Positions 46,666-55,979 of a stretch of DNA of 64,000 nucleotides are shown in pieces. The translations under genes were made by a program, and so were the position numbers. Where the stretch lies: the sequence record MT446407.1; one strand, written 5' to 3'. This stretch comes from Escherichia virus TH34. Below the pieces are notes generated by a model. It searched no databases. It saw only the letters and a program-made list of their open reading frames with translations, and had not been told where the DNA came from. How positions within the stretch are numbered: position 1 is the first letter of the stretch; the number at the start of each line of letters is the position of its first letter.

Positions 46666-47403
46666 ATGAATCGCAGAGAAACTCGTAGAGAAGCACGGAA
46701 AGCAGCTCGTCGTGGTGAACAGGTGACTAATAAAGGTAAACGTGAGTATCAAGAAGTTGTTCTCGCTAAGCCTGTAGTTCCTCAGAATCAGTTTCAATCT
46801 GAACTGCTCAATGCTATCAAGACTAAACAAGTAGTCTTTACGGATGCTCCTGCTGGATGTGGTAAGACTTATGTTATCACAACAACTGTTATTGATGCTC
46901 TGAAAAGTGGGAAGATTCAAAAGATCATCCTAAGCCGTCCTGCTGTTGGTATGGGTAATTCACTTGGGTTACTTCCCGGTGGGTTGCGTGAGAAGTTCGA
47001 ACCATACCTGATGCCAATCGTTGATGTTATCACTCAGCGTTACGGTAAAGGCTTCTACGAGTGTCAAATTGGTAATGGTAACATTGAGTTCGTACCTCTG
47101 GAATACCTCCGTGGTCGTTCATTCAATGACGCTATTGTGATTGTTGATGAGTTCCAGAACACTACTCCTGATGAAGCATATTCAATCATGACCCGTCTTG
47201 GTGAAACCTCTCAGATGTTCTGTATGGGTGATACTAACCAGCATGACATGCGTGGTGAGAGTGGTTTGGAATGGGCTACTGACTTCATTGATCGTCATGA
47301 CTTATTTGAGTTTGCTGCTTTGGTTGACGGTGAGTCAGATGATATTGTTCGTTCAGGTTTCTGTAAAGCTATTGTTAAAGCAATGGAATCTGAAAAATCC
47401 TAA
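46666..47403 (+). CDS. phoH: PhoH-like ATPase
   Basis: 245 aa; Walker A DAPAGCGKTYV and ILSRPAVGMGNSLGLLPGGLREKFEPYL matching the PhoH core. Confidence 0.85.
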   Translation: MNRRETRREARKAARRGEQVTNKGKREYQEVVLAKPVVPQNQFQSELLNAIKTKQVVFTDAPAGCGKTYVITTTVIDALKSGKIQKIILSRPAVGMGNSLGLLPGGLREKFEPYLMPIVDVITQRYGKGFYECQIGNGNIEFVPLEYLRGRSFNDAIVIVDEFQNTTPDEAYSIMTRLGETSQMFCMGDTNQHDMRGESGLEWATDFIDRHDLFEFAALVDGESDDIVRSGFCKAIVKAMESEKS

Positions 47404-47469
47404 ACATAATGTATACTCCTTAGTGTACACTGATATATTAAGGAGTTATGATGACTGATAAGGCAAAAC

Positions 47470-47763
47470 GTGATTATGCACAAGAAAGACGTACCGCAAT
47501 CAAACGTGGGGAGACAGGTGTTGGTAGCAAGAGCGGAGATGCTCAGCGCCACCGTGCACGTCGCATCGTTGAAAAGCGCGATGGAAAAGCTGCTGTCCGA
47601 GGTAAAGATGTTGGACATAAACGATCAATCAAGTCGGGAGGTTCTAATGCGTCAAGTAACTTACGTGTTGAATCAGTCTCTGGAAATCGCTCGAACGGCG
47701 GCAAAAGTGGAGATCGTGCTGGAAAATCAGCAGGAGGAGTCAAATCGAGAAAAGGCGCTCTAA
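47470..47763 (+). CDS. hypothetical helical protein (alternative overlapping frame 47448-47771 encodes a low-complexity basic peptide)
   Basis: two overlapping ORFs; the 97-aa frame has more protein-like composition. Confidence 0.3.
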   Translation: MIMHKKDVPQSNVGRQVLVARAEMLSATVHVASLKSAMEKLLSEVKMLDINDQSSREVLMRQVTYVLNQSLEIARTAAKVEIVLENQQEESNREKAL

Positions 47764-47767
47764 GTCA

Positions 47768-48262
47768 ATGATTCCGATTTCCGACTACTTGTCATACGAC
47801 CTGGATACTGTTTTATTGATTTTTACCGAATCTAGCTCTAAAGGTAAGAAATGGAATAAATCACATCCGGGAAAAGTGGCAGGGGCTGTTGATGAAAAAG
47901 GGTATATCAGAGTTTACTTTGAAGAGAGGAGATGGAAAGCTCACAGACTTATAGCTTCTGTGCTCATACCTAACCCTGAAAATAAACCACAAATTAACCA
48001 CATCAATGGTAACAAAAGTGATAATAGGTTAGAGAACCTAGAGTGGGTCACTGGTCATGAAAATATGCAACATGCTTTTTCAACAGGTCTTAATGTTGGT
48101 AAAGAGAGGGATGCTAATGGAATGACTAAAATCAACACATTGGATGTGGAGAAGATCAAGAGTTTATATGTTAAAGGCTCTACCACTCATGGAACAAGAG
48201 CACTAGGTAAGATGTTTGGCGTAAGTCACACAGCTATCCGACATGCTTTAAGCTCAAGTTAA
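47768..48262 (+). CDS. HNH homing endonuclease with AP2-like DNA-binding region
   Basis: 164 aa; NHINGNKSDNRLENLEWVTGHENMQH. Confidence 0.65.
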   Translation: MIPISDYLSYDLDTVLLIFTESSSKGKKWNKSHPGKVAGAVDEKGYIRVYFEERRWKAHRLIASVLIPNPENKPQINHINGNKSDNRLENLEWVTGHENMQHAFSTGLNVGKERDANGMTKINTLDVEKIKSLYVKGSTTHGTRALGKMFGVSHTAIRHALSSS

Positions 48263-48267
48263 TATAA

Positions 48268-48297
48268 GGCTACCCATTTCGGGTGGCCTTTTCTTTT
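48268..48297 (+). terminator. rho-independent terminator
   Basis: ggctaccc-atttc-gggtggcc followed by ttttctttta. Confidence 0.55.
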
Positions 48298-48318
48298 ATA
48301 TAATCTAAGGTAATAAAT

Positions 48319-48570
48319 ATGTCTAAAGTAACTTATATCACTGTAACTGATTTCTTTCCTTTTCTGGATGTAACTGAAAGCTACACCTTCCCCGTGAGCA
48401 ATGTTACAAGCTCTGTTGAGATGATTCAATTTAACCCAACAACAGCTCGTACTAACGTGGCTCTTCGTGGTCCTGATGGCAAGTTCATCTCCTTCCGCGA
48501 TAAGGCTGTTCCTAAGCGTATTGCTAAGTCTATTGAAAATCTGAAACCTTTCCCTAACTTTGGTGCATAA
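48319..48570 (+). CDS. small protein, paralog pair member 1
   Basis: 83 aa; shares TARTNV.(L/I)RG.DGKF(I/L)S(F/Y)RD ... NLKPFP with the next ORF. Confidence 0.45.
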   Translation: MSKVTYITVTDFFPFLDVTESYTFPVSNVTSSVEMIQFNPTTARTNVALRGPDGKFISFRDKAVPKRIAKSIENLKPFPNFGA

Positions 48571-48829
48571 TATGAAGATTAGCTTAATCCAAATTCGTGA
48601 TCATCTCTTTAACGGTGACGCTCAGACTCATGATTACAAGGTTAATCAAGGACAACACCCTACCAATCATCTTATTGGAGGGATTTCTCTATTACCTAAT
48701 AAAACAGCACGGACGAATGTAATGATTCGTGGTAAGGATGGTAAATTCCTTTCTTATCGTGATCTTGAAATCTGTGCTGATGTTCGTACAGCTATGAACA
48801 ATCTGAAACCTTTCCCGACAGTGGAGTAA
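48560..48829 (+). CDS. small protein, paralog pair member 2
   Basis: 89 aa; same conserved core. Confidence 0.45.
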   Translation: MVHNMKISLIQIRDHLFNGDAQTHDYKVNQGQHPTNHLIGGISLLPNKTARTNVMIRGKDGKFLSYRDLEICADVRTAMNNLKPFPTVE

Positions 48830-48832
48830 GTT

Positions 48833-49186
48833 ATGCCAGTACCTCAACGCCTAGAACGTCACTGCGTTCTCAAATGGGACAATATTCATGACAACCTCTC
48901 CATTCAAGAGTTTCGTCAGTTTATTGAATTAACAGCGAAGATTAACCGAAACCAACCAGCTCGAAACTTTGTAGTGGTTAGTGATAAGTATCCTGAGTTG
49001 TATGAGCAGGTGTGGGGTATGAAACTTGCACAGGTTCAGAGAAACAGCAATGAACGAAGAGAAACTCGTAGACAGCGAGCAGAAGATATTCCAGCAGTCT
49101 TTTATGTGGATGAATTAACGGAATCCTATGAACAGTTAGATATTGTCGAGGATAACCAAGCGTTCACTGATTTAATATACCAATAA
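48833..49186 (+). CDS. hypothetical protein
   Basis: 117-aa ORF directly upstream of the polymerase gene. Confidence 0.4.
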   Translation: MPVPQRLERHCVLKWDNIHDNLSIQEFRQFIELTAKINRNQPARNFVVVSDKYPELYEQVWGMKLAQVQRNSNERRETRRQRAEDIPAVFYVDELTESYEQLDIVEDNQAFTDLIYQ

Positions 49187-49199
49187 TTATAAGGAGTGG

Positions 49200-51047
49200 G
49201 TGATGGATAACCCTGATAAGTTACCTTTCATAACGGAGATGACAGTCGCTGATATAATCTCAAAGCAGGCGAAGCATGGCGTCAACTTCCACAGAAGAAA
49301 CGCTCGGTGGTTTGTTCACCTTCTCAAAGAGATTATTGTCAATATTGATAAAGAACTGATTCCTCTCCTCCCCAAAATGCGGGTGGATGGTTCAACTTAT
49401 TCGAAACCTTTTAAGAAGTCAGGTTCTTTACAGAAGTGGCCTCAGCTCTATTGTGACAGAGTTGGTCTTAAAAGGGAAGATATCGGTGGGGCGTTTACTT
49501 GCGTTGAGTATGTAGACTTCGACCCATCGAAAGATGCACGTATCAAAGAAGCCTTGATGGACGAAGGCTTTATTCCTCCAGAGTGGAACACATCCAAGAA
49601 ACCTTGGAATACTTACGAAATCCGTAAAGCGATGAAGAAGTATGGCACATATGCTGCTTGGTATTCTGCTTGGATGCGGGGAAACGCTAAAGAAAAACAG
49701 ACAGCTGAGATGATTGACGCTGACATTCGTCGGTTCTTGGATAAACACTTCCGTTATCACACTGTCAATTACATGAAAGCGTACGTTAGTGGTTTAGGCT
49801 TGAATCCGAACAGGAAGAAGCCTGTAACCTTTGATGAAATTAAGAAAGCTTTAGCCATGTCAAACAAGTGGCCTACAGCTCCTACAAACCTCGAGGAGAC
49901 GCTTGAAGAAGGTCTTGGGGGTGAGCTAGGGGGTGTGGGAGGTTTGCTTAAGAGACGTGTTGTAGCGGCTCACAGGCTTGGCTTGATTAATGGTCTTATA
50001 GACAAGGAACGAGAAGATGGTAAGTTGTCCGCCGAAGCTAATAGCTGCGCTACTCCGACATTTCGTTTTAAACACCGTATTGTTGTTAATATTCCTTCTC
50101 GCGGTTTGTTTGGTCACGAGTGCCGCAGTCTATTTCAGTCTGACTGTACCTCAAGTGATAGTAATCACAATCCTATCATCATTACCAACCATATCCCTGA
50201 TGGGTGTTACGTACGAAAAGGTACAAACACTATCTACGAAGTGGGAAAACCGGGCAAGAAAGACAAACCGATAGGTGCTCTGAAATATTACATACCTTCT
50301 GGTCATGAAGTATTTCTTGGTTATGATGGTTCAGGGTTAGAACTGCGTATGCTGGCTCACTACCTTATTAAAGAGTGTCGTGAGATGTTGGCAGAGGCAG
50401 AACAAGAGAATAACCCAGCTAAGAAACGAGAAGCTGAACGCGGTTTAGCATCTGCCGTATTGTACAGAGATATTCTCTTACAGGGTGATATTCACTCCCA
50501 TAACCAGAAACTTGCTGGCTTGCCTACCCGTGATAATGCTAAGACGTTTATCTACGCATTCAACTACGGAGCTGGTGATGCTAAGCTAGGTAGTATTGTT
50601 GGTGGTGGGGCTGATGAAGGTTCTATAATGAGAGCTAGATTCTTAGCAGAGAACCCTTGTATTGCAATCCTTATTGAACGTATGACAGAGAAAGCACAAA
50701 GTGGATACATCTACGGTGTTGACGGTCGTCGTATTACAATGAGACGTGACGGTACAGGAAAGGTCATGACACACAAAGCCTTAAATACGCTCTTACAGAG
50801 CGCTGGGGCGATTGTTATGAAGTATGCAATGCTATTCCTCAATAAATGGATTGAGCGTGATGGTGTTCGTTGTGCGAAGGTTATCGACATGCATGATGAA
50901 GGTCAGTTCACTGTACATCGTGATGATGTTAACAAACTTCGCACTCTCACTGAGGAATGTGTTCGTAAAGCGGGTGAATACCTCAAGATGGAATGCCCTC
51001 TTGCATCAGATTGTAAGATTGGACTGAATTGGCAGCATACGCACTAA
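49200..51047 (+). CDS. family-A DNA polymerase, polymerase domain only
   Basis: 615 aa; motif A LGYDGSGLELRMLAHY, motif B RDNAKTFIYAFNYGAG, motif C MHDEGQF; no exonuclease motifs in this ORF. Confidence 0.8.
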   Translation: MMDNPDKLPFITEMTVADIISKQAKHGVNFHRRNARWFVHLLKEIIVNIDKELIPLLPKMRVDGSTYSKPFKKSGSLQKWPQLYCDRVGLKREDIGGAFTCVEYVDFDPSKDARIKEALMDEGFIPPEWNTSKKPWNTYEIRKAMKKYGTYAAWYSAWMRGNAKEKQTAEMIDADIRRFLDKHFRYHTVNYMKAYVSGLGLNPNRKKPVTFDEIKKALAMSNKWPTAPTNLEETLEEGLGGELGGVGGLLKRRVVAAHRLGLINGLIDKEREDGKLSAEANSCATPTFRFKHRIVVNIPSRGLFGHECRSLFQSDCTSSDSNHNPIIITNHIPDGCYVRKGTNTIYEVGKPGKKDKPIGALKYYIPSGHEVFLGYDGSGLELRMLAHYLIKECREMLAEAEQENNPAKKREAERGLASAVLYRDILLQGDIHSHNQKLAGLPTRDNAKTFIYAFNYGAGDAKLGSIVGGGADEGSIMRARFLAENPCIAILIERMTEKAQSGYIYGVDGRRITMRRDGTGKVMTHKALNTLLQSAGAIVMKYAMLFLNKWIERDGVRCAKVIDMHDEGQFTVHRDDVNKLRTLTEECVRKAGEYLKMECPLASDCKIGLNWQHTH

Positions 51048-51398
51048 TTGAAAATGAACTAGTCTTATTGATTAGTTCTTTTTAAGGAGACAAGGAAGTG
51101 GAAGAAGTAAAAAGTTCTGAATGGTGCTTGAAGCAACAAAAGCTCGCACAGGATGAAGGTCGTTTTGAAGACGCTAAAGCTTATGGTGAATTATTTCAAA
51201 CATGGGTAGAACGAGAGGAGAAAGCTAAATGATGGACCTGATTCGTAAACCCGCCCCAAAGTGGAACATCTATTACCAAGATTCCACTGGTAAATTTCAT
51301 AACCAACTGGTTTATACTGATGAAGAGCGAGATGAAGTCGTTGCTCAGATTGAAGCAGATGGTGGTACAGTTCTCAAAATCTACGAAAGGAATTAATA

Positions 51399-51641
51399 GT
51401 GACTCTAACCTCTAAAGAATTAAAAGAAACTCTGGAAACAACCGAAGGTAAACAACATCTCCTTGCACAGATTCACTCTATGGGTAAGGATACCTTACGT
51501 CAAGCTTTGTATGAACTGACTACTGCTGTTATCCAGATTGAAGCTAACGCTGAAGAAAGTTTGATTAAGTTAGAAGCTGCTAATGCAGAAATCAATGGAT
51601 TGAAGGTTCGTATTATCGAGCTGGAAACACAAAATAAATAA
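51399..51641 (+). CDS. small coiled-coil protein
   Basis: 80-aa helical ORF followed by a terminator. Confidence 0.4.
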   Translation: MTLTSKELKETLETTEGKQHLLAQIHSMGKDTLRQALYELTTAVIQIEANAEESLIKLEAANAEINGLKVRIIELETQNK

Positions 51642-51668
51642 GCTACCTTCGGGTGGCTTTTCTTGTCT
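51640..51668 (+). terminator. rho-independent terminator
   Basis: aagctacc-ttcg-ggtggctt followed by ttcttg. Confidence 0.55.
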
Positions 51669-51679
51669 AAGGAGCTGGT

Positions 51680-52072
51680 ATGAAGATTGGCTTAGATTAT
51701 GACGACACTTTTACAGCGGACAAAGAGATGTGGACACACATCGTAGGACTTATGAAGTCCCGTGGTCATGATGTTCGTATCGTGACTTACCGATTCGCTG
51801 AACCTAATGGGTATACAAATGAAGAACTACTGGCAGATGCTGCTAGTCTAGATATCCCGGTTATCTTTTGCAATGGTGTTCAGAAGGATTCTGTTACTCA
51901 GAGCTTAGGTTTCTTTGTGGATGTTTGGATTGATGACTTCCCTGTTGGTATTCCTAAAATGGACCACCTAGAAGGGATGCTGAAGGGCGTAAGACTTAAC
52001 GACCTTAGAGCAGCACCTCCAGTAGAAATAACCTCTCCTGTGTACTCTGAAGAGCCTCTGGTGATACGATGA
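51680..52072 (+). CDS. HAD-superfamily phosphatase-like (possible nucleotidase)
   Basis: 130 aa; N-terminal GLDYDDTF fits HAD motif I (D-x-D-x-T). Confidence 0.4.
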   Translation: MKIGLDYDDTFTADKEMWTHIVGLMKSRGHDVRIVTYRFAEPNGYTNEELLADAASLDIPVIFCNGVQKDSVTQSLGFFVDVWIDDFPVGIPKMDHLEGMLKGVRLNDLRAAPPVEITSPVYSEEPLVIR

Positions 52073-52251
52073 AGAAGTTCCTATGCTGGTCTATTGCCAT
52101 TGCTTTATTTCTTTGGGTGATGGATGCTCTTGGAGATTATAGTAAAGAAGATTGCGAGACTCGAATCTCAAAAGAGTTTAATGCACCTACTAAGTTTGTA
52201 GGTGGTCGCTGTTACGTTGAGGGTTGGAGTCGTACTAACACCCGTTACTAA
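52069..52251 (+). CDS. small membrane/secreted protein
   Basis: 60 aa with N-terminal hydrophobic segment. Confidence 0.35.
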   Translation: MKKFLCWSIAIALFLWVMDALGDYSKEDCETRISKEFNAPTKFVGGRCYVEGWSRTNTRY

Positions 52252-52259
52252 GGATTAAA

Positions 52260-52484
52260 ATGATTTACGTTCACACTTATAAGATTGGAAAGAAGACAGT
52301 TGACCGAGTTCATACTGATGAAGCCGAAGCTCAGGCTTCTTTAGCGGTTCTAGGTGGTAAGGTTAAAAATTATGTAGAGGCTGGTAAACCAGCTAGTAGC
52401 CCACCTGTTCTAGAGTATCTCGGAACAAATAATCCAGTCACAGCGATGACTGTCATCAATAATAAACAGAGAGAATTGTTGTAA
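52260..52484 (+). CDS. hypothetical small protein
   Basis: 74-aa ORF. Confidence 0.35.
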   Translation: MIYVHTYKIGKKTVDRVHTDEAEAQASLAVLGGKVKNYVEAGKPASSPPVLEYLGTNNPVTAMTVINNKQRELL

Positions 52485-52684
52485 TGTCTAACGAATATAT
52501 CATAAAGAATGCATCCCAAAGTGATTACAAATACCAAGTGATTGCTGACCGGAATGAACTACTAACTTTTGTTGACCTTATGGCTCTGAAAGAAGAGGTT
52601 GATAAGCTGGTGTCAGATGAACAATCCCGACTCTTACAAGAGTCTCTCAGCGGAGATTATATCTGCGATGGTTGTACTATCTAA
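52484..52684 (+). CDS. hypothetical small protein
   Basis: 66-aa ORF. Confidence 0.35.
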   Translation: MSNEYIIKNASQSDYKYQVIADRNELLTFVDLMALKEEVDKLVSDEQSRLLQESLSGDYICDGCTI

Positions 52685-52827
52685 AAGGTTTAAAGTCTGG
52701 CTAGACGAAGGAGCTGAATATCCTGAAAGTTCTGGCTGGAGAGTGATTCTGGAAACAGATGATAGGGAAGAGGCTGAAACGAAAGCTGAATCCTTCAACT
52801 ACTCATATTACGAGGACACGTACGAGA

Positions 52828-53448
52828 ATGGCTGAAGTTTACTTTGCAGGTGATGGTCACCTAGGCCATCGTAACATCTGTAATTTTAGAAAGAAGTTTA
52901 GCAGTATTGAAGAACATGACAAAGCTATCCTAGCAGCTTTTGACCATGTTACTAAACGTGATAAAACTTTCTTTACAGGTGATTGGGTGTTTGAGAGATA
53001 TGCACTTGATGTTATCGCTGAAGTAAAAGGAGAGAAACATCTTGTCCTAGGAAACCATGACAGATTAGAACTTCTCCCTGATATGATGAAAGTCTTTAGA
53101 CACATCAGTGGTGATTATAAATACAAAGAGTTTTGGGTAACTCATATTCCTATTCACTCTGATGAAATGAGAGGAAAGTATAATATCTATGCTCATACTC
53201 ATAACTCTACTATTAAAGATTGGAGATACTTTTGTACTTCTATGGAACAAATTGATTATAGAGCTGTGTCTCTGCAAGAGATTAGAAAAGAACTGGAAAG
53301 TAGGAAAGAGTGGGTAGCTTCTTTATTACAAAAAGATTATCCAATTACCAGCGAAGTACAAGAGATGTTAAGCAAGCAAGCTGAATCTAACTTACCTTTT
53401 CAGAGAACAGTAGAACAAACTAGCTTTAAAGGTCTTTTAGAATGGTAG
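52828..53448 (+). CDS. calcineurin-like metallophosphoesterase
   Basis: about 206 aa from ATG 52828; motifs YFAGDGHLGH, GDW and LGNHD. Confidence 0.65.
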   Translation: MAEVYFAGDGHLGHRNICNFRKKFSSIEEHDKAILAAFDHVTKRDKTFFTGDWVFERYALDVIAEVKGEKHLVLGNHDRLELLPDMMKVFRHISGDYKYKEFWVTHIPIHSDEMRGKYNIYAHTHNSTIKDWRYFCTSMEQIDYRAVSLQEIRKELESRKEWVASLLQKDYPITSEVQEMLSKQAESNLPFQRTVEQTSFKGLLEW

Positions 53449-53459
53449 AAGTTATTGTT

Positions 53460-53790
53460 TTTAAGTTAAGTTAATTAGTTTTCTTTTGATTTTAATAGAG
53501 AATCAAAGTCCTAGGAGTCCTCAACCTAAATCAAGGATTTCCTTAATTCTCTATTTTTATCTCGCAGGTGTCTCCTGCCCTTCGGTACTTGCAAGGGTTA
53601 CGATGATTGCCCAATATACAAGCCTGCAATAGCTTTACTAGCTATACCATATATACATTACTACTTACTATTATCTACTACCAAAAAGGTTATAGTATAA
53701 TAGAACCTTATCTGTATAGGTGTAATGTATATAGTATACCAACCGCTCAAAGAGAGCAACAATCTTGAATTTATATAAGGAAATATTAAT
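53460..53790. promoter_or_regulatory. structured AT-rich intergenic region (candidate replication origin or phage-specific promoter)
   Basis: inverted repeat tagagaat...attctcta around palindrome tcctagga (53506-53554); GC hairpin ctcgcaggtgtctcctgcccttcgg; iterated tacta/tatag words; TATAAT at 53696. Confidence 0.3.
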
Positions 53791-54531
53791 ATGTCTATGA
53801 TCCCTGAACTGTCTGTATCCCGTAAATCCAACTACGATGTAATCCCTGATGGCGAGTACGAAGCACGCATTGTTCGTGTAGTAGGTTTAGGTGTTCACAA
53901 TCGTGACCCTTGGATTGACCCTAAGACCAAAGCAGTTACTCCTAAGAACCCAGCTTTCCGTATGGACTTGGCATTTGAACTGATTGGTGTTGATGCTACT
54001 GGCACAGATAATGATGGTAAGGCATTGGACCCACGTCCTGCTTGTCAGTTTAAATCCTTCGATGTAAACCCACGAGCTAAGAACTCTGGTATTCTGAACC
54101 TAATTAAAATGATCGACCCAAGTGTTCAAGCACTGAAAGGTGATTTGGGTTGGTTCAAAGATATGCTGCTTGGTCAGCCTGTCAACATTCTGGTTAACTC
54201 TTACACCAACAAAGCTGGTGAGAAGAAAAACTCTATCAAGAGCATCACTCCAATCCCAACTAAGTATCGTGATGCTGTAGGTGCTCCTCGTAGTGAGTTG
54301 ATCTTCTTCGAACCGTATGCTGAAACTGACGCTAACTTGGCTGCTTATCAAGCTATGTTTCCATTCCAACGTAACCTTCTGACCCAAGCTAATGATGCTA
54401 AAAACATCCCTCTGGCTGGTCGTGAAGTTACTCGCGCTTCTGACACTGAACAGAAAGACGCGACTCCAAGTATCCCTACTATTAATGAAGAGCCGCAATC
54501 TACCTTTGAAGAAGATGACAGCCCTTTCTAA
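53791..54531 (+). CDS. single-stranded DNA-binding protein (T7 gp2.5-like)
   Basis: 246 aa; ITPIPTKYRDAVGAP resembles the gp2.5 core as recalled; acidic C-terminal tail ending FEEDDSPF. Confidence 0.55.
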   Translation: MSMIPELSVSRKSNYDVIPDGEYEARIVRVVGLGVHNRDPWIDPKTKAVTPKNPAFRMDLAFELIGVDATGTDNDGKALDPRPACQFKSFDVNPRAKNSGILNLIKMIDPSVQALKGDLGWFKDMLLGQPVNILVNSYTNKAGEKKNSIKSITPIPTKYRDAVGAPRSELIFFEPYAETDANLAAYQAMFPFQRNLLTQANDAKNIPLAGREVTRASDTEQKDATPSIPTINEEPQSTFEEDDSPF

Positions 54532-54552
54532 TGAATCTCTCCTTGTAATAGC

Positions 54553-54578
54553 TTAGCCACCTTCGGGTGGCTTTTTTC
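54553..54578 (+). terminator. rho-independent terminator
   Basis: tagccacc-ttcg-ggtggctt followed by ttttcg. Confidence 0.6.
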
Positions 54579-54590
54579 GTTGGAGTTAAA

Positions 54591-54938
54591 ATGGAAAAGC
54601 TTCAAAACAATATCGGCTTCTTAGTCTTTACAGCCCTTGTATTCTTTGGTGGGATGAAGTTTGAGCAATATCGAAATGATAGTAACACTCTTGACCAAGA
54701 GAAGAAACAACAAGAGATTGAGATTGAGAGAGCTAAGGCTGCTGATGAAGTAGCTCAGAAAGTTCTTACCAGTATAACCAACTGGAAGAAGAACACAGAA
54801 ACTATTTATAAAGAGATGCATTATGAAAAGACTAAGCCAGTTTTTTACAATGTGTGCGCTAGCGATGAGTATGTCAGCTTGTTCAACGAGCGACAACAGC
54901 AGGCAGCTAATGCCCTTACCAACAAACCTAAAAGCTGA
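54591..54938 (+). CDS. i-spanin (Rz-like)
   Basis: N-terminal TM (IGFLVFTALVFFGG) then charged coiled coil; contains the embedded o-spanin start in another frame. Confidence 0.6.
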   Translation: MEKLQNNIGFLVFTALVFFGGMKFEQYRNDSNTLDQEKKQQEIEIERAKAADEVAQKVLTSITNWKKNTETIYKEMHYEKTKPVFYNVCASDEYVSLFNERQQQAANALTNKPKS

Positions 54939-55083
54939 GTGTGATGTTGATCTCCCTTTGCTTCAGAGTGCACAGGGAGTGGCATTTGCAACAACATTAG
55001 AGTGGTATCAGGACAACTACACAACCTGTGCTGCTAACCATAATGGTTTACTGAAAGCTCTCAAGGAGAGAGGAATACAATGA
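54823..55083 (+). CDS. o-spanin (Rz1-like lipoprotein)
   Basis: signal peptide with lipobox MSAC; Pro-rich mature region; overlaps the 3' end of the i-spanin gene. Confidence 0.6.
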   Translation: MKRLSQFFTMCALAMSMSACSTSDNSRQLMPLPTNLKAECDVDLPLLQSAQGVAFATTLEWYQDNYTTCAANHNGLLKALKERGIQ

Positions 55084-55304
55084 TCAGAGCGGAACTTACA
55101 ATACCAGAAGGTGTTACTCAACTTCATGCAGTATGGGAATATAATAATCAGGTTTGGGGACGAACTTTTAAATTCTTTGTAGATGGAGATCAATCCTATT
55201 GGGCCTATTACGACCCTGAAGAAGATATGTGGATTAAGGTAAGTGGTATTCAGACAGCCATCCCTTGTCCTGACACAGCAATGTATTTGTTCTGTGTAGT
55301 TTAA
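55080..55304 (+). CDS. hypothetical small protein
   Basis: 74-aa ORF. Confidence 0.4.
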   Translation: MIRAELTIPEGVTQLHAVWEYNNQVWGRTFKFFVDGDQSYWAYYDPEEDMWIKVSGIQTAIPCPDTAMYLFCVV

Positions 55305-55328
55305 TATAAAGTAAGTTAAGGACGACTT

Positions 55329-55979
55329 ATGAAGAAGAAGACAACACCCACACGCTATCGTATTCATGGCATTCCTATTAAATATTATCCAACCTTCGAT
55401 GAATTCTATCGAGAGAACTGGAAAGTTGTGCATCGCTATTTTATGTATGACATTAAAGATTATCACGAAGCAGAGGATGTTGCTCAGGAAGTATTACTGA
55501 ACGCTTGGCGTTTTGTGTTTGCAAAGCAAGAAGAACTTCTGCTCGCTGATGAAAAAGATATTGAACACATGACTTATCGTGTTAAGAATATCATCTGGTC
55601 TATTCGTTCTAACCGTCAGACAGTTGGAGATCGACGTATCTACTCTATTCCAGAGGCTGATATGTTTAGACCTCCTGAGATGAACTCATGGGAAAGTCCT
55701 TTAGAGATTGCGATGGATAAGCATGACTCTACTGGAGACCCCTTCTTGGAATCTAGAATCTTTTTCTTCTTCCAAGACTTAAGTGATATTATGGATACCA
55801 AGAAAATGGCAAGCATGTTCTCTATGCTCTTCCTTGGAATACCTCACGATCACATCCAGCAAGAGCTGGGAATTTCACACGGAACTTTCTATCGCCGATA
55901 TGCAGAGAATCGTGATCTGTACGAAGCTGTAGTAGAGAAGCACTTTGATAAAGAAGATCTTCAAGGGATGATTCAATAA
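55329..55979 (+). CDS. phage-encoded ECF-like sigma factor
   Basis: 216 aa; region-2-like [20 protein letters not shown] and C-terminal HTH-like [19 protein letters not shown]. Confidence 0.55.
   Translation: MKKKTTPTRYRIHGIPIKYYPTFDEFYRENWKVVHRYFMYDIKDYHEAEDVAQEVLLNAWRFVFAKQEELLLADEKDIEHMTYRVKNIIWSIRSNRQTVGDRRIYSIPEADMFRPPEMNSWESPLEIAMDKHDSTGDPFLESRIFFFFQDLSDIMDTKKMASMFSMLFLGIPHDHIQQELGISHGTFYRRYAENRDLYEAVVEKHFDKEDLQGMIQ

Noticed and set aside
47448-47771. 107-aa Gly/Ser/Arg-rich basic ORF
   Set aside because: Low-complexity composition; the overlapping 47470-47763 frame looks more protein-like. Not resolvable without codon-usage statistics, so only one is listed, at low confidence.
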